A stretch of 64,000 nucleotides of DNA. Source: Balanoglossus misakiensis. Its lineage: Eukaryota > Animalia > Hemichordata. The stretch is from positions 17,035,028 through 17,099,027 of the forward strand of contig CM082576.2 in NCBI GenBank assembly GCA_040954595.2. The letters run 5' to 3'. A program made the translations under genes and the position numbers. Position 1 is the first letter of the stretch, and each line of letters begins with the position of its first letter. The notes below the pieces were generated by a model. The model had not been told where the DNA came from. It made no database searches and was given only the letters and a program-made list of their open reading frames with translations. Below are positions 1 through 13,717 of this stretch, in pieces.

Positions 1-1832
1 GAGGACTCGGGGAATATTTGAATTCGTTTGCGTTCTCAGGAAAGTTCACGTATACGGGCGCTCGGAAGGTTGCAATACATAAACAAACTCGTCCTCGATC
101 GACCCTTCGTACCGCGTAGACAACATGACAGTGACACTTGCGGCATAATTTTTTTTACGTATAGCTTCGTTGACATGACTGCTTGGTACATGGTACACGG
201 TATGTATGGTGAACGAATGTCAAATCCAGCATCATCGAGAGGTTTGCTTTACGTGTGGGACCGAGCCATGTTGAGCCCGACATGTACTGCAGCCGTAGGA
301 AGACAAAATAAACAAAACGCCAGTCGAGGACAGATTTGGAAATTAATAAATATCGCCGTATTTATTCTGTGTACGTTTGCATTTCTTTTTTTAGCCCTCT
401 AAATGTTCGCATTGTCTGAAAACTTCCGTTATTCAGTCGGAAATTGTACACGTCCACTGGTTCTTGGGTGCGTCGCGCGTCCATCGAATAACACAATACA
501 TTATCAGTAATAATGTATAGCTATGACGTCACAAAATTCACTGGTATTGATAAAGCTATAATTTAATGGTAAAATATCGTTATGTCTGAAAGTGATGGAC
601 AGACTTCTTTGGAATTTAATATGAAGCTTTCTTAGGTTGTCTGCGTTACTTTAGTTTTGTTCAAATTGTTGCAAAATTTGCATTTTATAATTTTGAGCAA
701 TTTTTGCCATTTTTGGTCAAAATTTCTCTAAAACCACATGTCAGATTGCTTTGAAAATAATGTGTGCTGCTACAATTACATGGTTTTCAAAACTAGGGTA
801 GGTAGTTGGGGAAATTTTTTTTTTTTGAGAATTTTTTTATTTCTGTGGCTGCCATAGTAAAAAAAATGACGTCATAGTCCTTGCGTGGCGCGCGCAATTT
901 CATCATAATTCTTTGAAATTGCTTGTTGGATTGCTTTGAAATTTGGTAGGAATATTCCTAGGGATAACCAAAGGTTTCTCTGACTGCTTTGTATTTGGGA
1001 CACAAGTTCATACATGTAACAGATACATGTTCAACTTTTATTAAATTCTGATATTATAAATTTTTTCAATATTTAGTGACTTTGTTTTTGGTTGGCAAAA
1101 CTTCTCTTAAACCAATTGTCCCAGTTGTTTTGAAAGTTACTGTTAACAAGGCATTTGGTACCCCCAACTTACATTATTTACACTACATGTTTTCATAACT
1201 ATAATAAGCCAGCTGTAACAGAGATCACCAGGTATTCTATTTTAACTACCAGTGGCAGGTCAGTGAGTGTCTGTCCCAGGACTGACTGAAAGAAGTTGCT
1301 TGTCATGTGCGTTCGTACATACAATGTTTGGTCAAAAATAAATTTATTCTAGCACCACTTGTAAGACTGCAATGACACATGACAGTTTCTGGGCATGTTT
1401 CTTGGTTTTTTTTTTACATTTTCATATTTATATATGGTTAGGTCATATCTGCTTGCCAATGTCATATGTGATTTTTATTCTAGTGTATACATATTTCTGT
1501 GTAATCCTCAAATGGGACAACAGTGTCATTGATGTTATATTTTTTTAAATTGTTTTGTGCGTTATCCACCACAATTTGGATAATTGACTCAATTATGGCA
1601 ATGCTAAGACCACTGGCTTGCTTATTCTCCACTTTTGGTAAAAATCAATCCTGAGAATGTATCTGTCCACTGATAGTGATACAATTTGATTTGATTTCCG
1701 GGATCTTGGGATATGCTCATTTCAATGTCCTAAAATTAGGATGAATACTTCAATGCTGGATTTTGGTTAGTTTTGTGGTCAAACATTCATTTCTCAGAAA
1801 CCATGTCCAATTGCATTTATTTAGGTTGCAGG

Positions 1833-2178
1833 CAATCTGATTAAAATCAGGTGTAGAGTTAGGTGCTGTTCTGCTCTTGGTGTACGCGCCACTCTACATC
1901 TGAACCTATGCCAAAGAACACCTCATTTTAGCGAATGGATCCATTTGACCAATCACAGAGTGACTTTCCTGACGGTTTGGAACTCAGTGGTCACATGCAC
2001 ACCATGTGCTTCTAATCGAGCACTCTGATTGGCTTAATGATCATCGAGAAAGCGTGAGATTTTAACGAGATCTCCCATGGCATATGCTCAGATGTCGTGT
2101 CGGCGTCCCTTCAGAACAGCCAAGAATCAGCAAAGGTAAAGACGGCGCCCAACACTACATCTGATTTTAATCAGATTG
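1833..2178. mobile_element. Non-autonomous DNA transposon (MITE, ~346 bp) with 8-bp TSD, hAT- or P-like
   Basis: The left end CAATCTGATTAAAATCAGGTGTAGAGTTAGG matches the reverse complement of the right end (…CTACATCTGATTTTAATCAGATTG). GGTTGCAG flanks both sides (1824-1831, 2179-2186). Confidence 0.75.
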
Positions 2179-2476
2179 GGTTGCAGAATCCTGTGGCTGA
2201 CTATATTACCAACTGACCAAAAATAATGATATATTTTCTTTTTTTTTCTTCTGTGCAGATGAACATCTATGCTATATGCCAGCAATGTGAGGATAAACTT
2301 TAAATTTTTGAACTCTGTGAAAGATCCATTGGTTTTCTGGCAGTGGAAAGGATACACTCCATGGCTGCACTTCCTGACTTATGATATAAAGCCCTAAAAA
2401 GGTATGCTGCTACAAAACATTTTATTCTCTTCTTAGAATAAAATTGTAATACAACAGCACCAAAATTATCATTTAA

Positions 2477-5043
2477 AGAGCATATCTTGCCTTTTTAAAT
2501 CTTATCAGAAGGTTAAAAAATGTTCAAAAGAAATGTACTATTTTCCAAAAGTGACAATATTTTTGGGTATCGATTTCTATTTATTTGTTTTGTTCTCATA
2601 AAATGCTTCAAAATCCACCCCGTCCTGAAAAGTCTGAGTTCAGATTTGCTGCATTTTGGTCACGTGACGTGACGTCACAAGAGGAACCCGTCAGATAGAC
2701 CAGCTTTAGCAATGCTCACAGGTGTCATACGGTGTTTTCATGCTTTTCTCTGTAATACCACAATGGGAAAAGGAGTTGTTTGCCGTGGTTGCAGCAACAC
2801 ATTACCTAGACGGGAGTCACCCGTGTGAGTTCCACAAAAACGAATGAAAGTCTATGCCAGGATTATCGACATCGTACGGTGGATATGAAGCCGGTGCGGT
2901 GATGGCCGCGGCCGTAACTGTCAATGCATGACCGTTGAACGATAATCGGCCAGGTTCGAATCACGAGAAGACAATCCCCACCCATACAGGAAAATAGAAG
3001 CCTGTCAGCAGGAGAGGTCGACCAACAGATCGTTTATACCCGGTATTGGTGTTCATACAATGTTCCAGCGACCGCGATTTACACAGTACTGTAGACAAGT
3101 AGTAGTAGGTGAACTGGCAGGATGCGTAAACACAATTTTGCGTTGGCCGACATCATGTTGAGATTGTTTATAATTATTCAAGCTTCCGTCTGGCTAACAG
3201 GTACCCAGTGACCGCAAACTTCGATAATTAAGGTTGACAGCAATCGATGTAAAAACTTGAACGTTCAAAATATTACGGTACCGTTACTTTTTCACGTTTT
3301 TTTTTCAGTCGTATCTTTGTATGGCTTCGGCTGAATGGTCGCCATCTTTCTTTTCTAATTTCTTTGTTTACAAGTTTTATGTCGCACTATGTCCAACTCA
3401 TCGGCTCCAAAACGGGAAGTGTTAAATTGCGGGTTGCGGGCTGCGGGTTGCGGGTCGCCGATTGCGGGTCGTAAAATATGGTTGTGTTTTGATAATGAAA
3501 GAATAATAATATTATATGTCAACAGAAACGATCAAATGATTGCCTCCCAGAAGTTCAATTTACGCGATTTGCGCCACAACTCCGGCAGCGGACTTTGACC
3601 CTCACACTCACTACTGTGTGCGCGGCCTCATTAGCATAAATTAATCGGCCATAATCCCAGTCACTTCCAGCGGTAGTACTCGCTGAAATATGTAAACACT
3701 GAGTCCAGTGAGTTTTTCACGAAAGGAGTTTTGGGACCAGAAATAATCAGAGTTCAGGCTTGTATAGGTCGTTTTATTGAATTACGCTCACTTTGCTTTC
3801 TGTTGTGTTCAAATGTCCCTACACAAGTCGGGCCGTTGCAACTACACGATATAGAATGGGGTTGGCCCGCAGCTAGCTGTCCGTGGGAGTAATCAGCCCC
3901 TGCATGGAAACCATGTCGATCCGAACATATCAGCATTATATCAGATCATTTCACAACCACAACGTGACACAGAGATGCATTCGATCATCGTTGCGATTTT
4001 TATTCTGATTTTATTTTTATTCATTGTCAGCCCGCAAGCCGCACATTAATCACTTTCGCTCCAAAACACACTGTACAAATTTTGAAACAAAGTGTGTTGA
4101 ATAAATTTTGCCTCGTGTGAGTGAAAACTGTTTCCAAACTAAGATATTCGTGTGTATCAATGAAAATGTTTCATGCTTTGTGAGCGTGAGTGGGTCGGCC
4201 TGGCATGATCGCCTGTTGCTGTTGGTTGTATGGTTTCATTTTGTTATAATGCAGTATGAAGCATGTCAAGGAACTTCCATGATTACAGCGACAAGTCATA
4301 AATGTTTCTGTTTGTCATCACCAAAAAGGCATAGCTTACATGTAATTCAGAAGACAGAATTTTAGTGCTGGTAGTAAATATACATCGCGGCGCGATATGT
4401 GTCATCGCTGCCGATCGGCGCTGATGGAGTTCCCTTGGCCTTGTACAATAACACACGCGTATTTTGTCTGTTAAAGCAGTCATTGAAAATCGCCAAAAAG
4501 ACCACAATCAGTTGTCAATAAGTTGACATTGTCCAAGATAAGTAGATTTAGACCCAACACTCTAGACCTAAACCTCTGGGCAATATTCCACGGTTTAATC
4601 GAGGCACATCTGCTGCCATTGCATGTTGTGTACTGCTTGCAATGTGTAGCCGTAGCCTAACCGGGCCGAGTCGTTTTTTTTTCATAATCGCATCTCCCCT
4701 AGTTGATAAGGTATACATATGTACGTTTATTTTGAAGGGTACGGGGGATACAGAGTTGTACCCAGGCTGACACAGCAAAGCCGTTTAGATCACAGGCATG
4801 TATGGTTGCAATTCAACCACTGCAATGTACAGTGCTAAGTCTGTTGCAAACGTAAATGGGTTCCTCTTGTGACGTCACGGAAATGGGCGTGGCCTAAACA
4901 GAACTTTTTTTCTCAGGCCCTGAACATTTTTAAATTTAACATTTATTTATCCATATGAAATAAGTAAAAGGACACCAGCATTTAACACACAAGCCCAATT
5001 ATTATTTATCCTCAAAAGTGTGTTTCGAGGTAAGATAGGCTCT
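2477..5043 (+). mobile_element. Kolobok-type DNA transposon, non-autonomous or degenerate, with THAP-like remnant
   Basis: TTAA on both sides (2473-76, 5044-47). TIR AGAGCATATCTTGCC / GGTAAGATAGGCTCT. Subterminal inverted repeat TGACGTCACAAGAGGAACCC (~2670 and ~4858). A decayed MGKGVVCRGCSNT start at ~2763 resembles a THAP N-terminus. Confidence 0.7.
3414..4058. mobile_element. Mutator (MULE)-like MITE nested in the Kolobok element
   Basis: 9-bp TSD CTCCAAAAC (3405-13, 4059-67). Imperfect TIR GGGAAGTGTTAAATTGCGGGTTGCGGGCTG / CAGCCCGCAAGCCGCACATTAATCACTTTCG. Confidence 0.75.
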
Positions 5044-5047
5044 TTAA

Positions 5048-5229
5048 AGGTATACGGTCACCTCCAATTTAAATACACCATATATGGCAGAAATGGCATA
5101 TTTGAGTGTTCTAAAGAACATGTGGTGGCGCTCTTTTTTTCGCGTGTACCACCCACTGAAAATCTTTGATTGGCTGGATCTCAACTTGCCATGGTAACTG
5201 TAGCTATATTTGCATAGGTGACTGTATAC
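5048..5229. mobile_element. ~180-bp Kolobok-like MITE, with further copies at ~26210-26392 and ~36248-36399
   Basis: Starts TTAA|AGGTATACGGTCACC and ends GGTGACTGTATAC. The core TTTGAGTGTTCTAAAGAACATGTGGTGGCGCT recurs as the reverse complement in the two other copies. Confidence 0.65.
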
Positions 5230-5717
5230 AAGGATGTATGTGCTGTATGTAAATTTGTCTAAACTGTGAAAAATGTGGGCATTCGTCTTCTTTCATAGAA
5301 TTACATTCAGAATTGCTAGAAAAATCACTTAGACTATTGTCATTTTCACCACCGGTCCTCGAAACTTATAAGCCGTGGAAAAACGTCGCAGTTCATGTTG
5401 TTATAGAATCGATAACATTTGTCTCGGGTCCAAGGGTGAGATGCTATGTCGCTACGTGCGTCTGTAGGCGTTTTTCTGCCCAAACAACACGATCGTGCAT
5501 ATTGCACATGCTGATTGAAAAACGGGGAGTGTACGCCTGCTATGGCGTCCCTGTCTTCTGATGTAGTTGTCTTCAGATGTAGTTGTCTTCGAAGTAATCA
5601 ACAATAATAATAATAACAATAATAATTTATTTATAAAGTGACAATCTCCACAAAAAAGTGATCACAGCTGCTGAAAGATACATTACAATAAAAGGATAAC
5701 AACAAAACAAAATGTAA

Positions 5718-5850
5718 TCAATACAGTATTGAGTAAGCCAACTTAAAAAGTTCATCCCGTTTGTTCATTATGCTTTGGGCATTTGTGCAGATGCATGTTA
5801 AAGAAGTTTTCTTTTTAGTAATAACTTCATGCAACTGATGATGTGGCTTA
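5718..5850 (-). pseudogene. Fragment of a CR1/L2-type LINE endonuclease N-terminus
   Basis: LTCICTNAQSIMNKRDEL matches the start of APE-like endonuclease domains (xCxYTNAxSxxNKxxEL). Confidence 0.45.
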
Positions 5851-6297
5851 CTGGCTTTGTTGGAATTGGACTTCACACTTTCCGTTATATCTGTATCTGC
5901 GTTCACAGTGAACTTGGACTTCAGTCTCTTCGTTGTACATGTGTCTGTGTCTGTAATACTGGTAGTGTTGTTAGTAGAAATGTCTCCACATGAACTGCCA
6001 CTGATTTCAGCACTATCACTGGCAAACACTAAATCTTCATTTAATAACTTACTATATATACAATATTTACATTTTGCTCATCTCCAGCTAGTCGTTTTAC
6101 ATGAACGAATATTCACTGGAAGCTGGTTCTATAAAAATGGGGCTTCAGAACAGAAAGCCCTATCACCATACGTTTTTTGTAATTGGTTATGAAAGTATTT
6201 AGTTTAAAATCATTGGCAGAATGACGGTTTCGCCTAGGTACATGAAAACTTACAAATCTTACAAATCAGATATTGTTGGCCAGCTCCATATAAACAT

Positions 6298-7337
6298 TTA
6301 AAAGTAATAATAAAAATCTTGTAGGTGATACAGTGGTGAACAGGTAGCCTCTGCTTCATCCAGCATATTCTGGGTAAGGTACTCAAAGGCATCTATCACC
6401 TCATCTTCAGGAACATATGCAGTAGCTGCCAACATACGAACAGAAAGTCCAAAATCAGAGTCCCTCTGATACAATTTGCTTGCAGTCCCCCTGACTGCAC
6501 CTGGCGGTAGATATTTTGTGATCGTTGGTAAAAGCAACCCCTCACAGTTGTGTTGGGAAAGATTTCTTCGATCGCACTTTTAGCTGCGCTGTAAAAAATA
6601 TAGCATGCGACCAACACTGGGTCCACTATCATACAGTAAAAAGTCTTCCCCACAAGTTGTGCACTGCAAGAGATGAAAGGCGGGAGAGTTAATTAACAAC
6701 GGTTACCTGTGTAATTGTTTTAGTTTTGAACATGGCCCAAGGAGTAAGTTAGATTGACTAACCGAATTTTGCTAAGGCCGGGGAAAATAATTTGGTCATC
6801 AAATGTTTTGTGGCAAAACAAATTAGCAGCGAGTAATTTTAGTTCTAAATTACCAGTTAATTTTTTACAATTATGTCAGTCTTGGAACAAAATCAACCCG
6901 TTTGATACACATTTACTTACAAGTTCAAAAATGTGGGTTAATAATATTAAAATTGACAATTTCTCTAGCAAAACAAGAAAGTGTCAAAACGATATGTAGT
7001 TTGATTTTGATAAAATGTTATGCACACAAAAGACGAATATTCTTACCTTATACTCGTCTGAAATTTTCATGTTAACAGGACTTGAAGGAATAGGATTAGG
7101 GGCACCAACAGTTTGCTTGTATCTCCTGATAGAATGGCGAATGTGTTTGATTGGAAGTAGCTGTGTTGAGCAGCCCTCTGATGTACTCTGCACTGCTTGG
7201 GTGATGATTTGTTGGGAGGTTTCTTCAGTTTCTATGGATTGTCTCTGCTCCGCAGGTGTCGGCTGCATGTGTGTGTTCGTCGACATGATGTCTAAATTCC
7301 TCTTGTTAATAAGGTAGAAATAACTGGGAGCACACAA
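6298..7337 (-). pseudogene. Degenerate MULE (Mutator) transposase
   Basis: Frameshifted pieces AAKSAIEEIFPNTTVRGCFYQRSQNIYRQVQSGGL and VRMLAATAYVPEDEVIDAFEYL resemble the MULE core (…FP…GCxFH). Upstream linker ETSQQII…LPIKHIRHSIRRYK. Confidence 0.7.
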
Positions 7338-10205
7338 TGGAGTTTGTAGTACAAGAACAAAAAATTTAATTGAAACAATTAGCTTTCTAATGTCAAGAAA
7401 GTCTTACAGAAAAAATGTTCTATGGTCTAACGCTTACCCTGCTTGGTTGAGGTCGAGAGGAATTATTGAGACCATATCAGTCCTGGTCAAGTTCAAGTCT
7501 CTCCAAGGCACAGAAGTCTTTTATTCACCTAAATCCGTTGTTCATAGAAGTCTTTCTCCAGACAACACGATACATTTTGTAGGGCCAGTTAGTTAGATCT
7601 CAAATTCCCAAAGCGATGTGATTCAGTGTGACGTGCTAGTCCTCCATGCAGTGTCGAGAAATGTTCCTCGTGGTTTATGTGAGAATGCATTTTATACCAG
7701 TGACCAGCCGGCAAAATAATATTATAATGAACTAATTGAAAAGCAGGGCCTTTTGTCATGCAAAAGAAAAAACTACGCCAAGCAACCAAGTGCACAGAAC
7801 TAAATACGGTGCGTCGTAATACAATGAAAACTTAAAAAAACACAAAGTTGAATAATGCAGAGTAGTTACATGCTAACCTACATGCAAGTTTTCAAAATCC
7901 TCTCAACAATGCATCTGCAATCACATTGTCTTTCCGTTTTATGTGGGCTTTTGCCAAATTATATATCATATAGATATAACAGTGTTCTGCCAAGGCAGTG
8001 TGTTTGCGGGATTCCGGAATTTTTTTTTTTTAAATGACGCAAAAAGTTTACTGTCACCAGGTAGGCAGACGCGGCCTGCAGGCCCCGGTAAATTTGCCCC
8101 TATAAATTCAAACAGGGAATGCACTTATTACGTGTCTCCGCGAAGTATAAGCGGGCTGTGCTGGGACGTGATGCAACCATAGCAACGTCTAATTTGCATA
8201 TTTTGAAAGACCTGTTTTAATTGGCATGATAACTTTGGAACCAATCACTGCCTTTGTTTCGTTTCGCCTCTAATCTCAACTCTTGTGAGCAGCAGTAATT
8301 AAAAAATGGCTTCCCCCGAAGATCGTAAACGCCAAGGTCGAACAATACTCAGTTTTTTTGGCTATTAGACCTCAAAACAAGAAAAACAAGATCAAATAAC
8401 GACTAAGCAAATTGTATTTCTCAGCCATCTTCGTTCGTATCGGAAACAGGAACTGAAAACGTGAGTGAGTGTACATCACAATCTTCAGCAGTAGCTGTAG
8501 GCGATCAGTCTCGCAGTGTACCAGAAACACAAACTACCGCGAGGTATGTTCGACAATTTTAAGATAAATGGCTTCAAGATTTCAAATGGCTGCATTTTGA
8601 CCGCGAAAAGAATGCAATGTCATGTAAACTGTGCATCAAGCATAATAAACTAAATATGATGACTGGGGCGAACGTTAATTTCCGTACAAGTACTCTCACT
8701 CGCAATGCAGACAGTAATGATCACAAGGCCGCGGTACTTGAAGATTCTATGATTCCAGACTTTCAGAAGGCACTTGAGAATGTCAAGTCCGAAAAAGGAA
8801 GAGCCGTTATATCTGCCCTGAAAATTGTGTTCTGGTTATAGTGTGGTATGATGTGTATTCCCATAGGATTTTTGTGCTAAAATTGATTTTTTTGCTGTTT
8901 TGGCTTCTATGGGGACCCAACTACCCGAAAATGATGGGGTGCAATTTTAAGGGCCCCTCCATCATATTTTTCTGGGGGGGGGTACTTCCGTTTTGTGGTA
9001 TGATGTGTATTCCTGTAGGATTTTTGTGTTAAAATTGATTTTTTTTTTGCTGTTTGGCTTCAATGGGGACCCAACTACCCAAAAATCATGGGGTGCAATT
9101 TTTAGGGCCCCTCCATCAATTTTTTTTCGGGGGGTCTCTTCTGTTTTGGTCACTCGAGGATATTTGTTCACCTATTTACTCTATCATCATGGGAATTTGG
9201 GCTACAATTAATTTGTTTTTGTTGTGTTTGCTTTGGAGGGGACCCACCTGGCCAAAAATAATAGGGTGCAAATTATAGGGCCCCTCCATCATTTTTTATT
9301 TGGGGGGGGGGCACTTCCATTGTGGCCACTCCAAAGTTGTTCGTTGGCCTATTTACTCTATTATCATGGGGATTTGGGCTACAATTAATTTGTTTTTGTT
9401 GTTTTTGCTTTGGAGGGGACCCACCTGGCCAAAAATAATAGGGTGCAAATTATAGGGCCCCTCCATCATTTTTTATTTGGGGGGGGGCACTTCCATTTTG
9501 GCCACTCCGAAGTTGTTTGTTGGCCTATTTACTCCCTTCTCATAGAATATTTTGCGACATTTTTTATTTTCTTTGATGTTTTGGTTTCAATGGGGCTCCA
9601 CCAGAACTAAAATGGGGTGGGTTCAAATTTTTGGAACCTTCCATCATGTCTTGAGGGGGGGGGGGGGTAATCATTTCTGTTTTGGCCACCCTGAAGATAC
9701 TTGTTCACCTATTTACTATACGGTTAGTATTGTCGTGGTATTTCTTGCAATTTGGTTTGCTCCTTTGGCTTGAATGCAGACTGACTGCCGAAAAGTGATG
9801 GTGTGCAAAATGTTGGACCCCTTTACCACATTTTTTGGTGGGGGGGGGGGGGGGGGGGTTCTCTATATTTGTTTTCGCCAACCCGTTGTAACAGTTGTTT
9901 TTTAATCGTAGATTTTTTCGTTTATTCTAAATTTAGTATACTAAGGTAAATTAAAACTTCTTTATATATAATAAAGTACATAATGTGTATTTTAGTTTAT
10001 TTTCCGAGCTACAGTCCCATCTCATAAAATGAACCCTTGAGGCACCCTCCCTACCACGGAAGGTGCAATAAACAACCCAAGAAGCATAACGATTCTTTTC
10101 TGATATCTTGGTATTCTCAATCATCATTTTCACAAAAAACAGTTCTGTTTGATCTACTCATCGTCAGTGTCGTTATCTTCAAGAACATTTTCCCTTAATT
10201 GGTTT

Positions 10206-10439
10206 TCAGTCTCCACCATAGCATTTGCAGAGGGTAGTACATGGTAAATCATTCTTTGAGCAACTGCAACGTCCCCTACAACCTGCTTTGCAGCCACATT
10301 TGATAAGCTCTAGTACTGCCTTTGGTGCAGGGAGAGCAAGACATTTTACTGGATAAAACACGCCATTCTCCGATTTCCACCCATTCTTTTCGATTGGTGG
10401 AAGTTCAGGACAATTTGTTGCGTATGATTTATCCCTCAT
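10206..10439 (-). pseudogene. Academ transposase C-terminal Cys-rich (CXC/tesmin-like) fragment
   Basis: GW…PAPKAVLELIKCGCKAGCRGRCSCSKNDLPCTTLCKC. Confidence 0.7.
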
Positions 10440-11783
10440 TGTGATGAAGGGGTGGCACCCTTTTCACAGATCACGCAAATCTTGTTTTTATCTGACATAT
10501 TAATTCTGTAGTTTATTGCAAAATGTCCAAATAGCTATCGATCTGGAACGTAAAACGCGGCTTGCGGTGCTAAGAAAATAGCCAATATGTATTTAGTAAT
10601 AAAACTGAGATGTAGTTCACAGACTTGTTTTATTTTCAGTAGTATTGAGCTACAAAATGAGCCAAATTTGATATTGTTAATGTTTACCAAAACAAGTTTT
10701 AGAAGTAAGACATAATTCAAGGGCTTTTTACAGCACTATTACGCTTTTGGCATGAAAATTTTGAAAATACTACTTTAAAATAGACAATACTTCAACTGAT
10801 ATGTACTTCACAGGCTTTATTTACGACAGTATTTAACTTTGAAATGAGTTCAACTGAATATCGTTTTAATACCCAAAAAAACAAGTGTTGAACTCAAACG
10901 TACTTCAGAGTTTTTGCACAGACTGATATCGGTGAGAATTTTAGTACAATGGTAAATATCTCAGACATTGATTGTGCTACGAAAGAATAAACAACTCTTA
11001 ACGAAAAAGTTCACATCTACACAGACTTTCACTAATTGCCCCGGGAAAGAGGAAAAAGAGTAACCCTAATATATTATACTATTTGGTATAGCCTAGTATA
11101 CTATACTTTTGTAAACCATAGAAAACATGAGTGTGGTGATGAGTTGGGTGGCGGTCCTAGGTGAGGGGAGGTATATTATGGAGGGGAGGTATATAAATCC
11201 AAATCAGAGAGATATTTGTGGTTGATTTGTTAGAGTCATAATTCAACTAAGTATATTTATAAAACTAAGACAGCGCTGTAGTATATGTGACAACTGATAC
11301 AAATGTAGGTAACTGATATGTTTACCCCATAAACCGTTTAATATTAGAGATTTCCAAAATGTGGAGGGGCCCTAAAATTTGACCTCCCTCATTTTTGAGC
11401 AGTTAGGTCCCCATAGAAGTTGAAACAAAAAAAAGGAAATTGGAAGAAATCCTTTACAAATACACATGTCACACTATGAAGGTTAGATCAATGAACAAAT
11501 ATCTCCAGGGCTGCTAAAACTAAAGTGACCCCCCTGCAAGAAAATGTGATGGAGGAGTCCAACAAATTGATTTCCATCTTTTTGGGGGTGTTTATTCATC
11601 ATTGAAACCAAAACAGCAAACAAAACAAATAACTATCAGCAAAAACTCCTACGAGAATACAGGAAATAGGTGAATAAATACCGTTAAGATTGTCGAAATG
11701 GAGGTGCCCCCCTCCCACAAATGTAATAGAGGGGCCCTAAAATTTGCATGTGATCTTTTGTGACAAGGTGGGTGCCCATTTAA

Positions 11784-13717
11784 AGGGCGAGGCTCGTCAC
11801 CTATGAACCTGTGAGGGCGCCCTTGCGTGGGACTCTCTGGCAACGCGACTGGGGCCTCTCTAGCAACGCGACGTGCGATGAGCTCAGAAATCCCATAATT
11901 ATGTGCGAATGACGAATAACTCTTAGACTATGATCACCATTCAAATTCCGAATTTACAGCAGAAATTTCAGTGCCGAAAGCCTTTCTGATTTTTTGTGAG
12001 AGAAGGCTGTGTACCGCATGATGTCAAGCACTTATGTCCAGTCTCTGCAGCACGCAATCGCTTTGAACAGCGTTTGGAGACAACAACACAAGCGACAGAA
12101 ACAGCCGTACGGCCCACAACAGAGAGGTGAGTGTCTGTGACAGTTGAGAGGTTCGTCCGTCACTTGTCTGTGTACTACCGGTAAAAGTAGGCCCCTACAT
12201 TGAAGCTACTCACTGTAACAACTATGTTGTAGCCCTCCTGTGTTCCAGAATTCACGCGGCCTCCCGTCATTACACGATGGAGGCTGTACAATGCCGGGTT
12301 ATGTGTGACGCTGCCCGGGAACGCACATCACTGTACGCAAGGCTAGTGTTGGACAATGTCCGTGTATGGCTTCGTCATATAATTTATTTTTTATCGAGGA
12401 CATTCTCTAAGTTTTTATGATATTAGGTCATGCTGATATATTTTTCTCGATCTTTGTTTCAGATCAATCTGTCACAAGTCACCATTCAACTTGAAGCTAA
12501 CATTGGAAAGATGCGTCTCCAGCCCCTGTTGAAATTTCCACTGTTATATAGTTGAACTACATGTAATTATTAGACTAAGCAAATAAAACTGTGTTTATGT
12601 TAGGGTAATTCGTATAACAAGTGTCTGATTCACTTTTTTGTACGGATGTGTGTAGTGTATGAACTTGATTAACAAATAAATGTGTACCGTTCTTGGTGGA
12701 TTGGCTGGGTCAGTGCAGCTGACGCGCGCAGAACACCGGGCGGCTTCTAAGCTGGGCCCGGAAGAGAGAACAAACATTGCCGTGTACGATAATAAGCCTC
12801 GCTTGTGGGGGAAGACTGCGATGAAAGCAAATTTTATGAAGATGTACACATTACCAGTCACAGTCACCGACTGTGTACCAGTATATACGGTGTTCGACGG
12901 GAAGGACTTTGTAATCAACCGAGAAGCAAACTGCTCGGATTGGCAGCGATAATTGCTAGCGATTGCTCAGGTACGGATATAGGCCTACAAATAGGCGGTC
13001 AGATCAGCGATGATTTACGGCAGCTAAAACACATAAGTGTACTGTAAAAGATTAATACATCGACAAAGAACTGAGCTAAGGTTTATACCAAGGTGTGCTT
13101 TCAGTCCGTAGCGAGGTCGATTTTGTTGTGGGCCGTCTTTGTTGGTGTCTGCCGTTTTCATTTATACGAGCTATTTTCTCTCGTATTACGTATATACTAC
13201 ACGGGCATATATCGATCATCATAAAATTGTGCCGCAAAATAAATACACGAAACTTTCCAGATGAACTGTTTAATAGTGGACGGTTTGTCACTAAAAGAAA
13301 CATTTTGGTTCATGTTCAACTTCAGTGTGAAGCAAAAGGCTGATTATGGAGACCAACCTCTGTGCATGGGAGGGCTGTGTGTCGTACGGCCGATACCTTC
13401 ACCACAGCCGGCCCTGCTCACTCAAAATACCGGGCAAAGCTGGCGATTCCCGACCGATCTTTGGGCAGTCATTTCGACTAGAATTTCCGTCTCTGAATCA
13501 AAACTCGTGGACCGATAACCGTTACCGAGCACACCTCATCCATACGGGACGACCAAACGCTCCAAAATGCCTCACAACTTGTACAACGGCCCCTTTTTGG
13601 ACTTTATGCGAGAGAAACCACGGCCATCTTTATCTAGCTCGCACACAGGTTCTGCAGTGCATTGTGGGTAAAAGTAATGTTTATCAACAAAGGCTATTTC
13701 GGGACGATACCCGCCTT
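11784..13717. mobile_element. Kolobok-type non-autonomous element nested in the Academ TIR array
   Basis: TTAA on both sides (11780-83, 13718-21). Imperfect TIR AGGGCGAGGCTCGTC / GACGATACCCGCCTT. The flanks rejoin into one Academ subrepeat (…GCCCATT TAA GTCAAAACAGC). Confidence 0.7.

Noticed and set aside
28-402. 124-aa ORF at the window start
   Set aside because: Non-ATG start and no recognisable motifs.
690-1200. Diverged tandem units reminiscent of Helentron-associated satellites (similar decayed repeats at ~62150-62500)
   Set aside because: Too degenerate to define a unit or termini.
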